From assembly GCA_028534125.1 (NCBI GenBank), contig CM052818.1:29576001-29640000 (forward strand): 64,000 bases of DNA, in the 5' to 3' direction. Every line of letters begins with the position of its first letter. Position 1 is the first letter of the stretch. This DNA comes from Lama glama. Lineage: Eukaryota. The translations under genes and the position numbers were made by a program. This document shows, one piece after another, positions 51,591-64,000 of this stretch. Under the pieces are notes generated by a model that did no database searches, was not told the DNA's origin, and saw only the letters and a list, made by a program, of their open reading frames with translations.

Positions 51591-54500
51591 AGATAGCTTG
51601 AGCTTCCTTGCTAGCATCCTACCAAAGGGGGTTGCCCATAGTTACCACCAGTGGACATCTGTCTTGACATCCCTCCTCCCTGCCCCAAACCTCAGAAGAC
51701 TGGAAGTAGACCATGTACCACTTCCTCCTGCCATTCCCTCTAGGCCAGGTCTCAGATCAGGAAAGAGGGAAACTTACTCCAGTTTGCAACTGGAGCTTCA
51801 ACCCTGAACGTAACCCCAAACCATGAAGATATCATGGCCAAGATGTGGATTTTAACAAAAGTACAATCCAAGATGGCTGTTAGGAAAAAATAAAACCATT
51901 TATTGTAAAGTCTCCTCAATAAACCAATTTCCCTTCACATCTCAGTTGCTGCTTTCTCCTGTATCTTGGCTCCCGAGACATTGACAGTTTTGAGTTTTTT
52001 AAAATGTATTTCTCTGAGATTTCAATAAAGGAGTTTGTTTTGTCCAGTATTTTCCCATTCACTTTTGGATGAAAAAGGTTTAAATGTGTTTAGGGAAACT
52101 GAATTTATCTTAGCTAGACATAAACATTAAAATTTATTCACAAGTGAACATGACTGGACACCCCTCTTTCCAAGAATCAGTGCACCACGGAAAAGTTCTT
52201 CCGTGAAGTTTTCCAAATACCACACATGCATATATTTGGTTATCAGTAAAATTTAGATTACAAGAGCTCATGGTTATTTCCCGTAACAATGGTCATATGA
52301 CATGGCCTTCCAGTGGACAGCCAGAAAACCGCCCTGGTCCTGAAGTTCCACGGCTCTGGACAGAAGAGCATGTGGAAGTCTGCACCAGCTCGTCCACCCA
52401 AGGCACAGGTATGAGACCTGGCTGTCCCCCCGTAAGTCAACAACCAGAAAATCTGACTAAGAGACACACAGCTGACTCCCAGCTTCACACACATCTGTTT
52501 AAAATTCAAACAGCTTGTGCAAACCTAACTATTCAAATAAAACTTCAAGGGACTGTACTCATTTAGAAAGGAAAGGAAGATGTGCCCACATCTTTGGGTT
52601 CGACACTTCCGGGGGAGAGACAAGAGGCTGGCTCGGGCTGAGATGCCTGCAAGCCTAGGAGAATGAACAGGGTGTGGGCGCAGAAACCATCCGGCTTTGG
52701 GTTAGGAATCACCAGCACCCCCCGGCTCACCACACACCGCCAGGACACCAAAGCTGCCGACCCACAGCCGCCACACAGTTCACACAACTTGGCAACTCCG
52801 GCTTCGGGAACCCAGGAGCAGCCCCAAGAGCAAGTGAGCCTTCAGACCCCAAACCCACCTGGGAGGCAATGCTGACACTGACACAGGTCCAGCTAGAGAA
52901 TTCCCAGTTTCAGCAAAGGCAGGACGGCCCCTGTCAGGATGAAAGCGGCCACGTACCTGCTTTCAGAGCACTTTCCCTGCCTTCAGTCACTGAACAGAGA
53001 GTGGCCCTGCTGGTCTCGCTGAAGAAGTCTTGTCAAGAAGTTCAATAACCTACTCAGATTATAAAGCCAGGATGAAGCCAAGGAGAAACCTGACCCCAAG
53101 TGTTCTAAGTCCAGAACTTTTCCCCTAGACCAACACTCTTGTACCCCACTTTTAGGACATTCAGGTGACAATACAGGTTAAGAGATTATCTGTATGATCT
53201 TATAAGTAAAATAACTTCTGTTCTCTCAGTGGCTGGCAAAGTTAAGCAGCAGCATCTCAGTCTTTCTCCATCTGCAAAAAAAATGAGACTCCAGAAACAG
53301 TACACAACTGACCTACAGGCTGGCTATCAAAAAAGTGCAAGTCAGCTAACGATTATGTATTCTTTTAAAATATATAGGACTCCAATTTTTTTTTAAATGG
53401 GGTAGGAGAGAATCTTTAAGCAAGCCAGACACACAAACCCATCGGTTAGAGAATCACCACCCTCCTTCTAGCTTTGCAGAGAGGTTTCTGATTGAGCTTG
53501 TTTTAAAGCTACACTAACGCTGTCTAACGAGCACTGGGCATGGGGCTGGTCCAAACTGAGATGCAAGTATCACCTACACTCTGCTTCTCAAGACTCAGCA
53601 TAGGACAGTAACTGTGAGATCTCATTTTATATCAATTACATGAAATAAAGCTTTAGCTATGTTTAGTTAATCAAGTGTACTATTGAACAATTTCACCTGT
53701 TTTTACTTTTTAATATGGCTGCTACAAAACTTACAATGGCCCATGGGGCTCACGTTGTATTACTACCGGACAGTGCTATTTCGAAGGCAGAATTCATGAT
53801 CAAAACTGTCACTACTGGAGATGGAAACTGTAACGGGCCAGGCAGAACCTCCACAAGGCTTTCTCTCCTTCCCTCTAGGCTCCCAGAGCCTCACCAGCAG
53901 GAACAGTCCTGCCTCCTTCAGCAGAATCCCCCCACCCCAACCCTGCTTCTCCATAGCCCAGCCCACAGCTCCCAGATGAGCAGGGCCCCCACTCGTCTGT
54001 GTCTGCGGGCCACTACCCTCTCTGCCTCCTCTTCCCCCCTCCTCCATCACTGCTCCCACCTTTCCAGTGTGGAAAAGACTGAGGGATATTTCAGGGATTT
54101 TTCAATCTCTCAGAGGCCACGATGATTTTGTTAAAAAAAAAAAAAAAGTTCCCAGTGCATTTCCTTCTGTAGGTCAATAGCCTCCCAGCTTTCATGATCA
54201 TATACATCATCGGGGAAAAATGAAAACGTTTAGCCTAATCCCCAAAATATGTTCATTTACAAATTATATACATGTTCCGCTGCATTAATGTATATCATAC
54301 ACTCAAGTAGAAATTTAGAAAGCTGAACTTAAGAACGTAATAATTTTGCTTTGTTTATTAATCTTTTGTTCTCACTGAAAACATTTCAGTGCCTACAACA
54401 GAACAGTGCACTTCATTCTTTTTCTAAAAAAAAAATCTTCATTTAATACTTTCTGATAGATCAACTCAAATGTCAAAGTTGAGTTTATTTCAGTATTTAG

Positions 54501-57500
54501 CTTTCATGTCTGATCCAGCTAACACACACCTGACAAGGACACAGACCCAAAAAGAAAAAATGTGCTTACCAAGTACTCAGGTTTTGGTCTCATACACTAA
54601 TTACTCAAAGGCTTTTTTTCAAAGACTAAAAGTAATAAACTTTCCTTTTTACCTGTCAGTCAGTTGGGTTTGCCAACTAATTGGAAGATGTTTTAATTCA
54701 GTTTGAAAGCCTTTATTTGTAAGATTTTTGTTTGTTTCCAAGATTTAAGTATATGAGTGTATATACAGGCACAAGTACCGTTTTCAGCAATGAAAATTAT
54801 GTAACAGTGGAAGTATGTCCATATACTTACTTCACAAATGTTCTCTTTAGCACAAGATTATTAAAAGAAAAACATGACTTTCTTACTCATTATCACCTAC
54901 TTGGTAAATGACAGATTATGTATATTTTTTAAGCATCTGCAGGGCAACAATAGCCACATATCATGTAAACGGCTCACTGATTTCACAATGTCTGTCTCTT
55001 CAAGAAAAATTCTTAATCCACATTCAACAACTCCCCTTTAAGTAATTGGCTCAGGTAGCATTGGTGGTACAAAAGATTATACGGATCACTTCCCATGTCA
55101 TGATGAAGTACACTAACATCTATTATCTTAAATGGCCAAAAAAACTGTCAATCTTTTCAACTAGGTAGAGATCAACTTCTATCAACAGAGTCAGCCCTCT
55201 GTGGGCAGAATGTGTACCCTTCCCTTGAGATGCTGGGGCTGTAAACCCTGCTGCTGACCTTCTGGCACCCGGACCACATGAAGGCACCAGGGTCAGTCTG
55301 TATACTGACTATCAGTCAAGTTTAATTCCTATTTTCAGATAGAAGTATGTATAGGTAGAATGTCTACTTTTCCCCCTTGCATCCTAGTGCAAGGTCTTAC
55401 ACACGTCTGGGGTATGAGCACCTCAACATGGAAAGAGCTGCCGTAGATATCAATGTGCCAGGTCAACACTGAACTGTTGCAACCACCTCCAACCCAGCTT
55501 GTTTTCCTCTCATAGTAGAAGCCACCAACACTGTTCTCCAGGAGAAATTCAGAGCATCTGCCTGCACTTCCTGAATTCCTTCATGGTTCTGTCTTTGCTG
55601 CCAGAACTTGGCTGATCTCTACAGAACAAGCTCAATTTCGGCCATACACCTCCTTGCACTTAATAAATGCTCTTAATCTCTTTCCGTGAAGACAATTCTC
55701 TACCTGAAATGCTCAGCAGCTTCTGAATTCCGGACAGCCCTTCTGTTCTCTTTACAACAGACCTCTGGAATCCACTACTCCAAAATGGTGCCAGGTAGCA
55801 ACACTATGGCTCTTAATTTACAATCACGGTTCATCCCATATAGAATTCTTTATAAGTTCTTTCCTTTAACAACACTGTTTAATAAGAGGTCCAAGCAGTT
55901 TTTCCTTTGAAATTTTAAAAGATCTTCTAAAAAACAGAGCATAAATCAGACTCTGTGAACAGAGTCTGAATCAGAATCACCTGACCCTCAACCCCTTCTC
56001 TTCTCTACAACACACCTGACCCTCCAGGTTTTACCAAAATGTCTCATTTCACTTACATTGTCTTCTCAGCTTCATTTACATCTATTCCCCTAATAGCTAT
56101 ACTCCACGTAAAGCATGCTCAGCCCAATTTCTCCTTCAATGCCCTCCCCTGAGCAAGTGCTTACAGATTTCCCCCTCAACTAAAATGTCATTTCCTCTAC
56201 TTCCAGCCTCTTGACTGCTGCCCATCCTTCCACAGCCAAAACCCACGACCCAGCCCAATCCACTCTCCCTCAGGCTTCGCACTCTGCATGTAGAGCCCTT
56301 GTCTCCTCAAAAAGATCCTATTTTACACTGTTATGTCTTCTCCAATGTATAGTGTGGTACAGTGCATAAATCAGGCTCACCCTGTAAGTTGGGTTGATTT
56401 TTTATTAAACACAAAAACATCATTTTTGCAATTATAGCTACATAATCAGGAACACACATGATCTGGGGTACTTCTTTTGGTACGTTAGAAAAAGTTTTCT
56501 TGGCCAACTGTTAATTACATCAGGAAGAGAATCAAAGCTGCCTATACAAGAGCTGAAAAGGCTCTGGGCTCCATCCCACTACTTGAATGTACACCTAATT
56601 TCATCTGACGCAGGACTTCCTGCCATAATGCTTTCAAGCTGAGACACGGAATGTTTGCTGTGCCATCACTGGAGTGAATTTGCCAAGCACGCCCTCTAGG
56701 GCAGTGCTCACAGCCATCTGGGGATTAGAGGCCTCTTTGAGGCTGAGGAAAGCTATGTAACCATCCCCATAAAAACACTCATATACAAGAAGTGTGCCGA
56801 CAATGCCAAGGGTGGGGGAAGCAGGTGGTCAGATGCCCCAAAGGCCTCCAACCCCAGTAAAAGTCAAAGAAACCTGGTTGGGTTTTTACAGTGTCACAGG
56901 GCCTGCAAGTCAAAGGAATTTTAGCTGTATAGGCTCCTTCCCAGAAGTTTTCACACAGTAAGCCAAAAAATAAATTGGTATGTTTTAAGGGAAAAATTAA
57001 TATAGATGTTGAAATGACATACATCTGGTTAATATCTGGGCATAGATTAAGGTATTCTTACCCTTCCTCAAAGGGTTCAGTACCTGCTTAGATGACTCTA
57101 GGGTTACAAAAATACTCTGATCTCCCTGCCCAGTGGCAGCAACCTCCCACTGGTCTCCCCTCGTCCAGTTCTGGGCTGACAAGGATGAGCATCCAACGAC
57201 CTCCCTGCATCTCTTCTTGTTGTCGTGCAATTGCTTTTCTCATCAAGAGTCAACCATCCCCGTAGCATTTCTAACCCTCCTAGCTTCCCCTGGCAACAGA
57301 ACGCACCTCTGTTTTCTTTTTTAGACTCGAGATCAAAGTCCCTCCTATGCTTTCTGGCTTTTTTTCTATCTCTTCCTTTTCTCTGTCGTCTTGTTTCAAA
57401 ACCACACTGAGGAAAAGCACACATTAAATCTCACCCTCACCATTCTTGTTCCAGTCAGGATCAAAGTCCATTTCAGCTTTCCTTGGCAACCACTCCTAGA

Positions 57501-57564
57501 GCATCTTCTTTGAATTACTTTATGAACTGTATCAAAGGCACTGAAAACCTAATCACCAAATACT

Positions 57565-57955
57565 TGAAAAGGAAGTTCTGCTAAAAATCAGTCATATCAA
57601 TAAGAAAGCCAACAGCTCAATGAAAAACATGGATGAAAGATCAAAACAGACACTTTACCAAAGAAGATATATGGATGGCAACTAAGCATATGAACAAATG
57701 CTCAACATTATTCATCTTTGGGAAAATTCACATAAAACCACCATGAGTGATCACTATACACTTATTTGTAAGTCACAAATTAAAACCGACACTACCAAGT
57801 GCTGGTGAGGATGTAGAGCTACTGGAACTCACACTGCCGTCGGGGACACAAAACTGCAGAGTCACTGGAAAGCAGTCTGTCAGCTTCTTAGAAAACTCAA
57901 CATATACTTACCAAATGACCCTCATCCAACTGACCTATTCAAAAAGACGCAAACA
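57565..57955 (+). mobile_element. Old L1ME ORF2 3' fragment
   Basis: aacagacactttaccaaagaagatatatggatggcaactaagcatatgaacaaatgctcaacat and aagtgctggtgaggatgtagagc. Confidence 0.75.
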
Positions 57956-58025
57956 GATGTGCCTGGTACAAATTTCTATCATTGTATTTATCACACTGCA
58001 TTATAAATATTTCTGCAGCTTGTGT

Positions 58026-58331
58026 ATACCATCAGCCCTCCGTATCCCAAGGTTCCACAACTGTGGTTTCTAACAACTAGCGATTGATCAGCAGAGCCGA
58101 CTGTACCACATCATTTTATTTTATTTTTCTTTTCTTCTTTCCCCCTTAAACAAAGGCAGTGGAGTTTGAATCCAGGACCTCAGGCACACCAAGCACACAC
58201 TCTACCACTGAAATATATCCCCCACCCCCTCTACTGCACCGTTTTACATGAGGGACTTGAGCACCCATAGATTTTTGGTATCCATGGGGGTCCTGGAACC
58301 AATCCCCCAGGAAGACCAAGGGATGACTGTA
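58026..58331. mobile_element. MER2-like TcMar-Tigger MITE interrupted by a SINE
   Basis: TIRs ta-ccatcagccctccgtatcc ... ggaagaccaagggatgactg-ta. Internal agggacttgagca...ttttggtatcc...ggtcctggaaccaatcccc. Confidence 0.8.
58118..58231 (-). mobile_element. tRNA-derived camelid SINE (Vic-1-like) nested in MER2
   Basis: Reverse strand reads gggggatatatttcagtggtagagtgtgtgcttgg...gaggtcctggattcaaactcc plus an A-rich tail. Degenerate TSD taccacatcatttta / tactgcaccgtttta. Confidence 0.8.
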
Positions 58332-58339
58332 CATATACA

Positions 58340-58620
58340 TGTCTTCCAGTAAATTGTGAGTTACTTGAGGGCAACTATCCTGTCTTATAGACCTTTATCA
58401 CCTGTTTACTTCTTAACACAAAGCTTGGTACACCGGTGTACACTGAGTGTTTGCTGAATAAATAGAAGAATGAATGATATTTACCATGTGCTCCATTCTA
58501 GTCAAGGCACTGAGAATACAGACAATGGGAACGATGTGGTCCCTGTCTTCAGAAAGCCATCCAGCTAGAGAAACAGGCTTGACCAGGGGAAATGGTGAAC
58601 ACAAGACTATAAATGACTGA
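58340..58620. mobile_element. L2 3'-end fragments
   Basis: taaattgtgagttacttgagggca...tgtttgctgaataaat...gaatgaatga, followed by an oppositely oriented L2-like piece. Confidence 0.55.
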
Positions 58621-61600
58621 CCACCAGCTGTGTTAAGAGATGCGGTAGTCAAGAGCTCTTCCTCACTCTTTGGGATCAGACAGGCTTGGGTTCAAGGTCT
58701 GATCCTGACTTCCAATCTGTCACTTTTGCAGGTTATTTGATGTTTCTAAAAGAAATTTTCCTGATCTGTAAAAAGAGGGTATTGATGATAAGGTAGCCAG
58801 ACAGTCAACTGTTAGGTATCAGTATGGTGTTACCATCATAAAACTGCAGAAATTCTCCCACAACAGATGGCACACAGGTGCGGTCCCAAACCTCCCAAGT
58901 GCCGATCCCCCCAAGAACCCTCCCCAGACCTCCCCGTAATTCACACAAGGAAGAACCTCCAGGACAGCAGATGACTTTGGGACCCCGCCTGCCCCAGGCT
59001 GGCTCTATTCTAACTGCTCTGTGCCTGTGCTGTACAGTAATGATTTGAACATCACCCGTGTTATGAGATCATGCATGTAACACGCCAGCTGTGTTGTAAA
59101 CACTGTTTGCTCGCAATAAGTGTTGGCTATTGTGAAAGCTCAGGGGAGGCTCTTAGGAATTGAATCGTACCCAAGGGGGATTTGACACGGGGAGGTGAAG
59201 GGAATATAAGTGACATGAGGAACTGAAAAAGAATGCGAGGGATGGGGGTGGAGTGGGTAGGAGGTAACAGCCAGTGAGAAGACTGTCTCAGGAAGAGAGG
59301 GGAACATGGGCTGAAAGGAATGAAAAATAAGATTGAGCAAGTGGTAGATGGGCCCATATTACAGAAGGCTTGACATGGGTTTGGGTCTGATGGAACAGGA
59401 TATGGGAAATCACTTTTTCCAACTCTCAAAGCACCTGTAGCAAAACTGCTCCCACTACTTTTACCACAATGATATACTCTTCCCTGCATCCGTACGTGCC
59501 TTCCGCTGAACAAGGGGCATCTTAACAGCAAGGAAAGGGCTTCACTCCTCACTGTGCTGGGAGAAGGTCTCTCTGGAGCTGAAGTCCACAGCACCAACCA
59601 CTCCAAACACCTGGGTCCACACCTACCCTCGGCTCCCCTGTGAGTTCCTTCTAACTGACAGGCTTCCTTCCACAGCCTGCAGATCCTCACTAACCACTGA
59701 TACCCACCTCCTTGTATTAAGTCCCCATGATCACAAAACCAAAGCTCATCCCTCAAGTAAACCCTGCTCCTTTTCTTCAGGTCAACAGCCTCTATGCGTC
59801 TCTGTCGTCCCATACCCACCACACCACCCTCTGCTGTACTTGGCTCTTGCCAACCATTCTCAGACTCCAAAACCTGCTCCATCAGCTCTGCTCCCGCCTT
59901 CCTTCCTACCCTACACTCCAGGATTCTTACAGACCTAGTGTCCTTCCTCATCTTGTTTTCAGTCCCAAATGTAAATGATACGTGAAGTCAAGCTTTCCTA
60001 TCTAAAACCTCAGCTTTAAGCAACTATTATCAGCCTTCCCTTGGCCCGGGACATGCCTTTCCAAAACCCATTATCACCCCATATTTGACACTGACATCTT
60101 CAACTCATGGTTATCAAATTCCAACTCAGATTCCTGAAACAGAAATAATACAGGGCCAAAAAAATAAAATAACTTTCATTCACTCACTCAATTTAATTTA
60201 ATTGCCTATGATTATACTATTATAGCCCCCCACAAACATAACATGTAATTTCTCAATGATTTAGACAAGTCTGAGATTAGAACTGGTCAGCCAAAAATAC
60301 ACTTGATCCTGATTTTGGCAAGAAAAGATGTTTTACTTGGTGTCCTGAGGTATTTGGCAGTGTTCTTCAGGCTGCCAAGTTACAGGTGGTTGTTGCAAGG
60401 CAAGAGTCTACAACAGCATTAAAGATGATGAGCTTAGACCCAAGAAGCGGCACACTCAAACCAGATACAATATTATTTTTTTCATTTATAGCTACATAGC
60501 TATACTAATTCAGGAGTATTAATGGTTTAGAAAATACGTATCAATAACACATATCAATGGGGCTTCAGCTCTTCCTTGTAAGAGCAGTTCTGTTTGTCCC
60601 CTCAGATGCCACTGGAGTAGAAAAAACAACCATGTGACTGCCCTTTTCCTACCCCCAAATTACTACCCCCCTTCTCCTCCCCCATGTAATCACCAACAGC
60701 ACTTCAATCTTCTCTCATCAATCCCTGAAAGAGAAGGGTGGGATTATAACATACAAAGGCCAATTTAACCTCTGAATACACTCATCAGTCCTCTAAAAGT
60801 ACATGTTTGTGAGAGCCTAAGAATGCCCAAATGAAACTTCCGAGCAGAATGAAGCGACAGGGGACGAGTTTTAACTACGGGGCTGGAGACAAAGAGACAA
60901 AGGGCAGGAACCGGAGGCACAGCCCAGAGCACAGGTGTCCCGTCAGGGTGCCAAGGGGCAGACACAGGGGAAACCGCCCCAAGCTAGCCTGCAGATCCCT
61001 GAGGCTTCCTGGTCACTTGGTTGGATGAGTCCCCAACCCAACAAGGAGGTTTTCCTAAGACTTCTCATTAGATATAAATGAGAAGGGAAAGAACACATGA
61101 ACCTCTCCAGGGACCCAGAGTATCCTTACTGAGCTGCGAGATGAGCTGTTGGCAGCACCGGGAACTTCAGGTTTATCCTCCAAATATTAGCCTTCTAATT
61201 TCTCAGAACAAAAGCTCTTTGCAATAGATTAACTCAGATCGCTACTCTGGGGGCAGAACAGAGGGTTAGAGGTCCAGAGAAAATCTGCCAGTATCAAACG
61301 ACTGCAACTGCTGGACGGAATCCCCAAATATGGGCGAGCTGGCAGCAGAGTAAGAGAAACTCTCAGAGGCCAGACAACTAGAGAGCCTGAATCCAAGGAA
61401 ATGAGTTGGCACCACAATAGGAATTTGCCCTGGAGGGCATGTGCCATTTCTGGATGTCTCGATGACAGGTTTTAACGTGCTGTATGGGGCTCAGGGACGA
61501 ACCCGGTAGCTGTACAAGGTAAGAGGTCCCATGCAAGACCACACAGCAACACTTCAGTAGGTGACCCAAAGAAAACTCCCTAAGGAGAGAGACCATGTAG

Positions 61601-61899
61601 GTATGTGCCTGTCTCAGCCTGGGCTTTGGGTGAACATGAAGTTATAGTAACAAAAATAATCTTGGGTAAGAATCCTTTAGTTCACCTTTGGGCAGGTTTG
61701 GCAGTCAAATAAGAAAAATACCTGAAGAAAGAAAACAGAAGGAAGAAGAAGGAAAAAAAAAGAAACAAAACCTGAGTGACCAGAACAATAGCAACTCCGG
61801 TTTATTTAATTTAAAAGTTGGCCGGGATGGGCAGTGCCCCAGGCACTTGTTAAAAGCAAACACAAAACGCCCTCTGTAGGAACATAAAACTGGATCTGG

Positions 61900-64000
61900 A
61901 GGAATTCTAGAAACAAAATTCCAGTGAACATTCACCCACAATCAGAAATCACAAAATGTACAAGGAAACAAGCCAGAATCAGCAGAAGCAGCACACTGCA
62001 GCCTCAATTAACAACTGCAGATTATATTTGAATCTTACAATTCCAGCCTATTGAATATGTGTAAATAAAGATGACACTGAAATTACAATTAAGTGATAAA
62101 AGATTGTTATTATAGACTAGGGAGGCATGAGAAAAATCCAAATAGAACTTATAAATATAAATAACATGTAACATTTGAAATGGGTAACCCCAAAATGACA
62201 GCAGGTATAACAGACCTCAATACATAATTTGGAAGCTGGAAGAAACTGCCCTGTATGCATCAGGAAGGCAAGGAAGAATATGAGAGAGAAACTGAGAGAG
62301 AAAGAGGGTATAACAGATGTCTAACCACACTTGTAAAACAAGAACTGGGGAGAGGCAACAATCAAAGAGAAAAGTGACAAAGAATCTTCCAAAAGGTAGA
62401 AACATGAATACTCACATCACAATAAATCCCAAACAAGGCAAAATTTTTAAATCCAAACAGCAAAGAGAGATAACCTAGAAAGGAACAAAAATCAGACCAA
62501 CCATCAGCTGATTTATCAACAATTAACCAGCAAAATCAGAAGACCATGGAGCAGTGGCTTCCAAATGCTTACAAAAAATAATAACAGTCAAGCTACAACT
62601 GTACACCCAGAAAAAGTCAATGAAATAAAGACCCTCACCACAGGAATTTCTAGATGTGGCACTTCGAGAAAAATTGTCCCAAAGAGACCATCTAAAATGC
62701 AAGTAAGAATGGTGAGCAGCAACAACTTTTTTTGAAGGGTAAATATGTGGGAAGATGCAAATAACCATTAATTCTATAAAGCAATGATACAATTTTTAAT
62801 TTGTAGGATTGAAGTTTTTTTTAATTAAAATATTGAAAAAGAACAGTACAGAACTCTGGAGGGAGTGATCCAAGTTTAAGTGTCCTAAGACCTTCTGCTG
62901 TTTGGTAGGAGGGTAAATATACTAAATATCTTTTGCCTTTGTTAATTTAAATACACATGTTTATTTGGGTAAACATCTAGGCTAATCACTGAGAATAGAA
63001 ATGGAAGAAAAAATCCAAAGTAGTTTGTGGGGAGGGAGGGAAGGAATAGGAGAAGTGGGGGGGCCAAAAACCTGAATCAATCCAAAAAAGAACAAAAAAG
63101 AAAAATTAAGTACAAGTAATAAGTACAAAATGACACAACAAAAGTTAGACCACCTTACATGGAAAATTCACAAATAATTTTACAAGTGAGTCCTACCAAA
63201 CATCCAATCTTACACAAAACTTTCTCAAGGAAGGACTGAAAAGAACGCCCCGCAGCTCATTCTACTATGCTAACACCACCTTCACACCCAAATCCTATCA
63301 AAACAGCACAAGAAAGCACCAGACTCGTTCATGAACACAGATGCAAACTGAAAGCGCTGGAAGATTAAAAAAGACATCACAGCCGAGTGAAGTTTATTAT
63401 ACGAATGCAAGGTTGTTCCAACATGAGCAAATCTTTTAATATAATTCCCCACATTAAAGACAAAAGGAAACCTTATGATCAAATCAAATGATCCAATTCA
63501 ACATCTGTAACAGTCCTGGCATTCTAGCAATACAAGGGATCTCTTTTAACTTGATAAAGGGTAACTACAAAAAACCTACAGCAAATGTGCTCCATGATTA
63601 AAGGCTGAGAGAACTCTCCTCAGAGTAAGGAACCAAACTATCACCCCTCCTGCCTGGCAATGAACTGGAGGCCCCAGCCAATGCACTAAGGCGCAAAACT
63701 TAGATGTGAAGATCAGAAAAATAATCTCTCCTGATATAATGTTCTGTAGAAAACCCTGAAGAATCAGACAATGCACCAGAATTAAAAAGCAGGTTGAGCA
63801 AAGTTTCAGTGTACCAAAAATATGCAACCTCATTTCTGTATGAAAACATGTTAGAAAATAAAATTTTAAGGAAGAATGCCATTACCATAGCAATCAGGAA
63901 TATTAGGTCAATAGATCTCACAGAAGATGTGCAAGATCTTCATGAAGAGAGTTCAAGAGAGTTGTAATAATGTGTTAAGACATGAAAGACTGAAACAGAG
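61900..64000 (+). mobile_element. Old, heavily deleted L1M (ORF1 remnants then ORF2 RT-region fragments), runs off window
   Basis: ggaagctggaagaaactgccc, gctgatttatcaac, tcattctactatgc, atgcaaggttgttccaacat, actggaggccccagccaatgca and gtagaaaaccctgaagaatc. Confidence 0.7.

Larger units (their letters stand above)
573..64000 (-). other. LTBP1: LTBP1 large intron upstream of the exon (intron 3 equivalent, partial)
   Basis: Ends at the AG acceptor 573-574. No other LTBP1-like coding exon was found in the window. The orthologous human intron is known to be very long. Confidence 0.85.

Noticed and set aside
59127..59951. Longest ORF in the track (274 aa, minus)
   Set aside because: No recognisable domain, and it overlaps probable L2 relics. 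Consistent with a chance ORF.
1..64000. Prokaryotic-type systems (CRISPR arrays, operons, defence islands)
   Set aside because: The sequence is a mammalian intron with no repeat-spacer array or dense coding.

Overview
This window is mammalian genomic DNA, most likely camelid (Camelus/Vicugna/Lama), judged from tRNA-derived Vic-1-type SINEs and camelid-style L1 3' ends. It lies inside LTBP1 (latent TGF-beta binding protein 1) on the minus strand. There is one real coding exon (403-572, 170 bp, matching long-isoform exon 4 as I recall it). The remaining ~63.4 kb is the preceding large intron. That intron is filled with transposable elements: a 5'-complete but internally deleted young L1 with TSDs, old L1M fragments, ERV1/MER41-like and MaLR LTRs, a near full-length Cheshire-like hAT transposon, MER20/MER2/Charlie MITEs, MIR/L2 relics and SINEs. 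I see no convincing new multi-gene system. The best leads are the ORF1-retaining, ORF2-deleted L1, a MER41-like solo LTR carrying a perfect STAT GAS motif, the large hAT relic, a CpG-rich palindromic RY tract and two convergent CTCF-like motifs. Repeat family names come from recalled consensus similarity, not a database search. Boundaries of old repeats are approximate.
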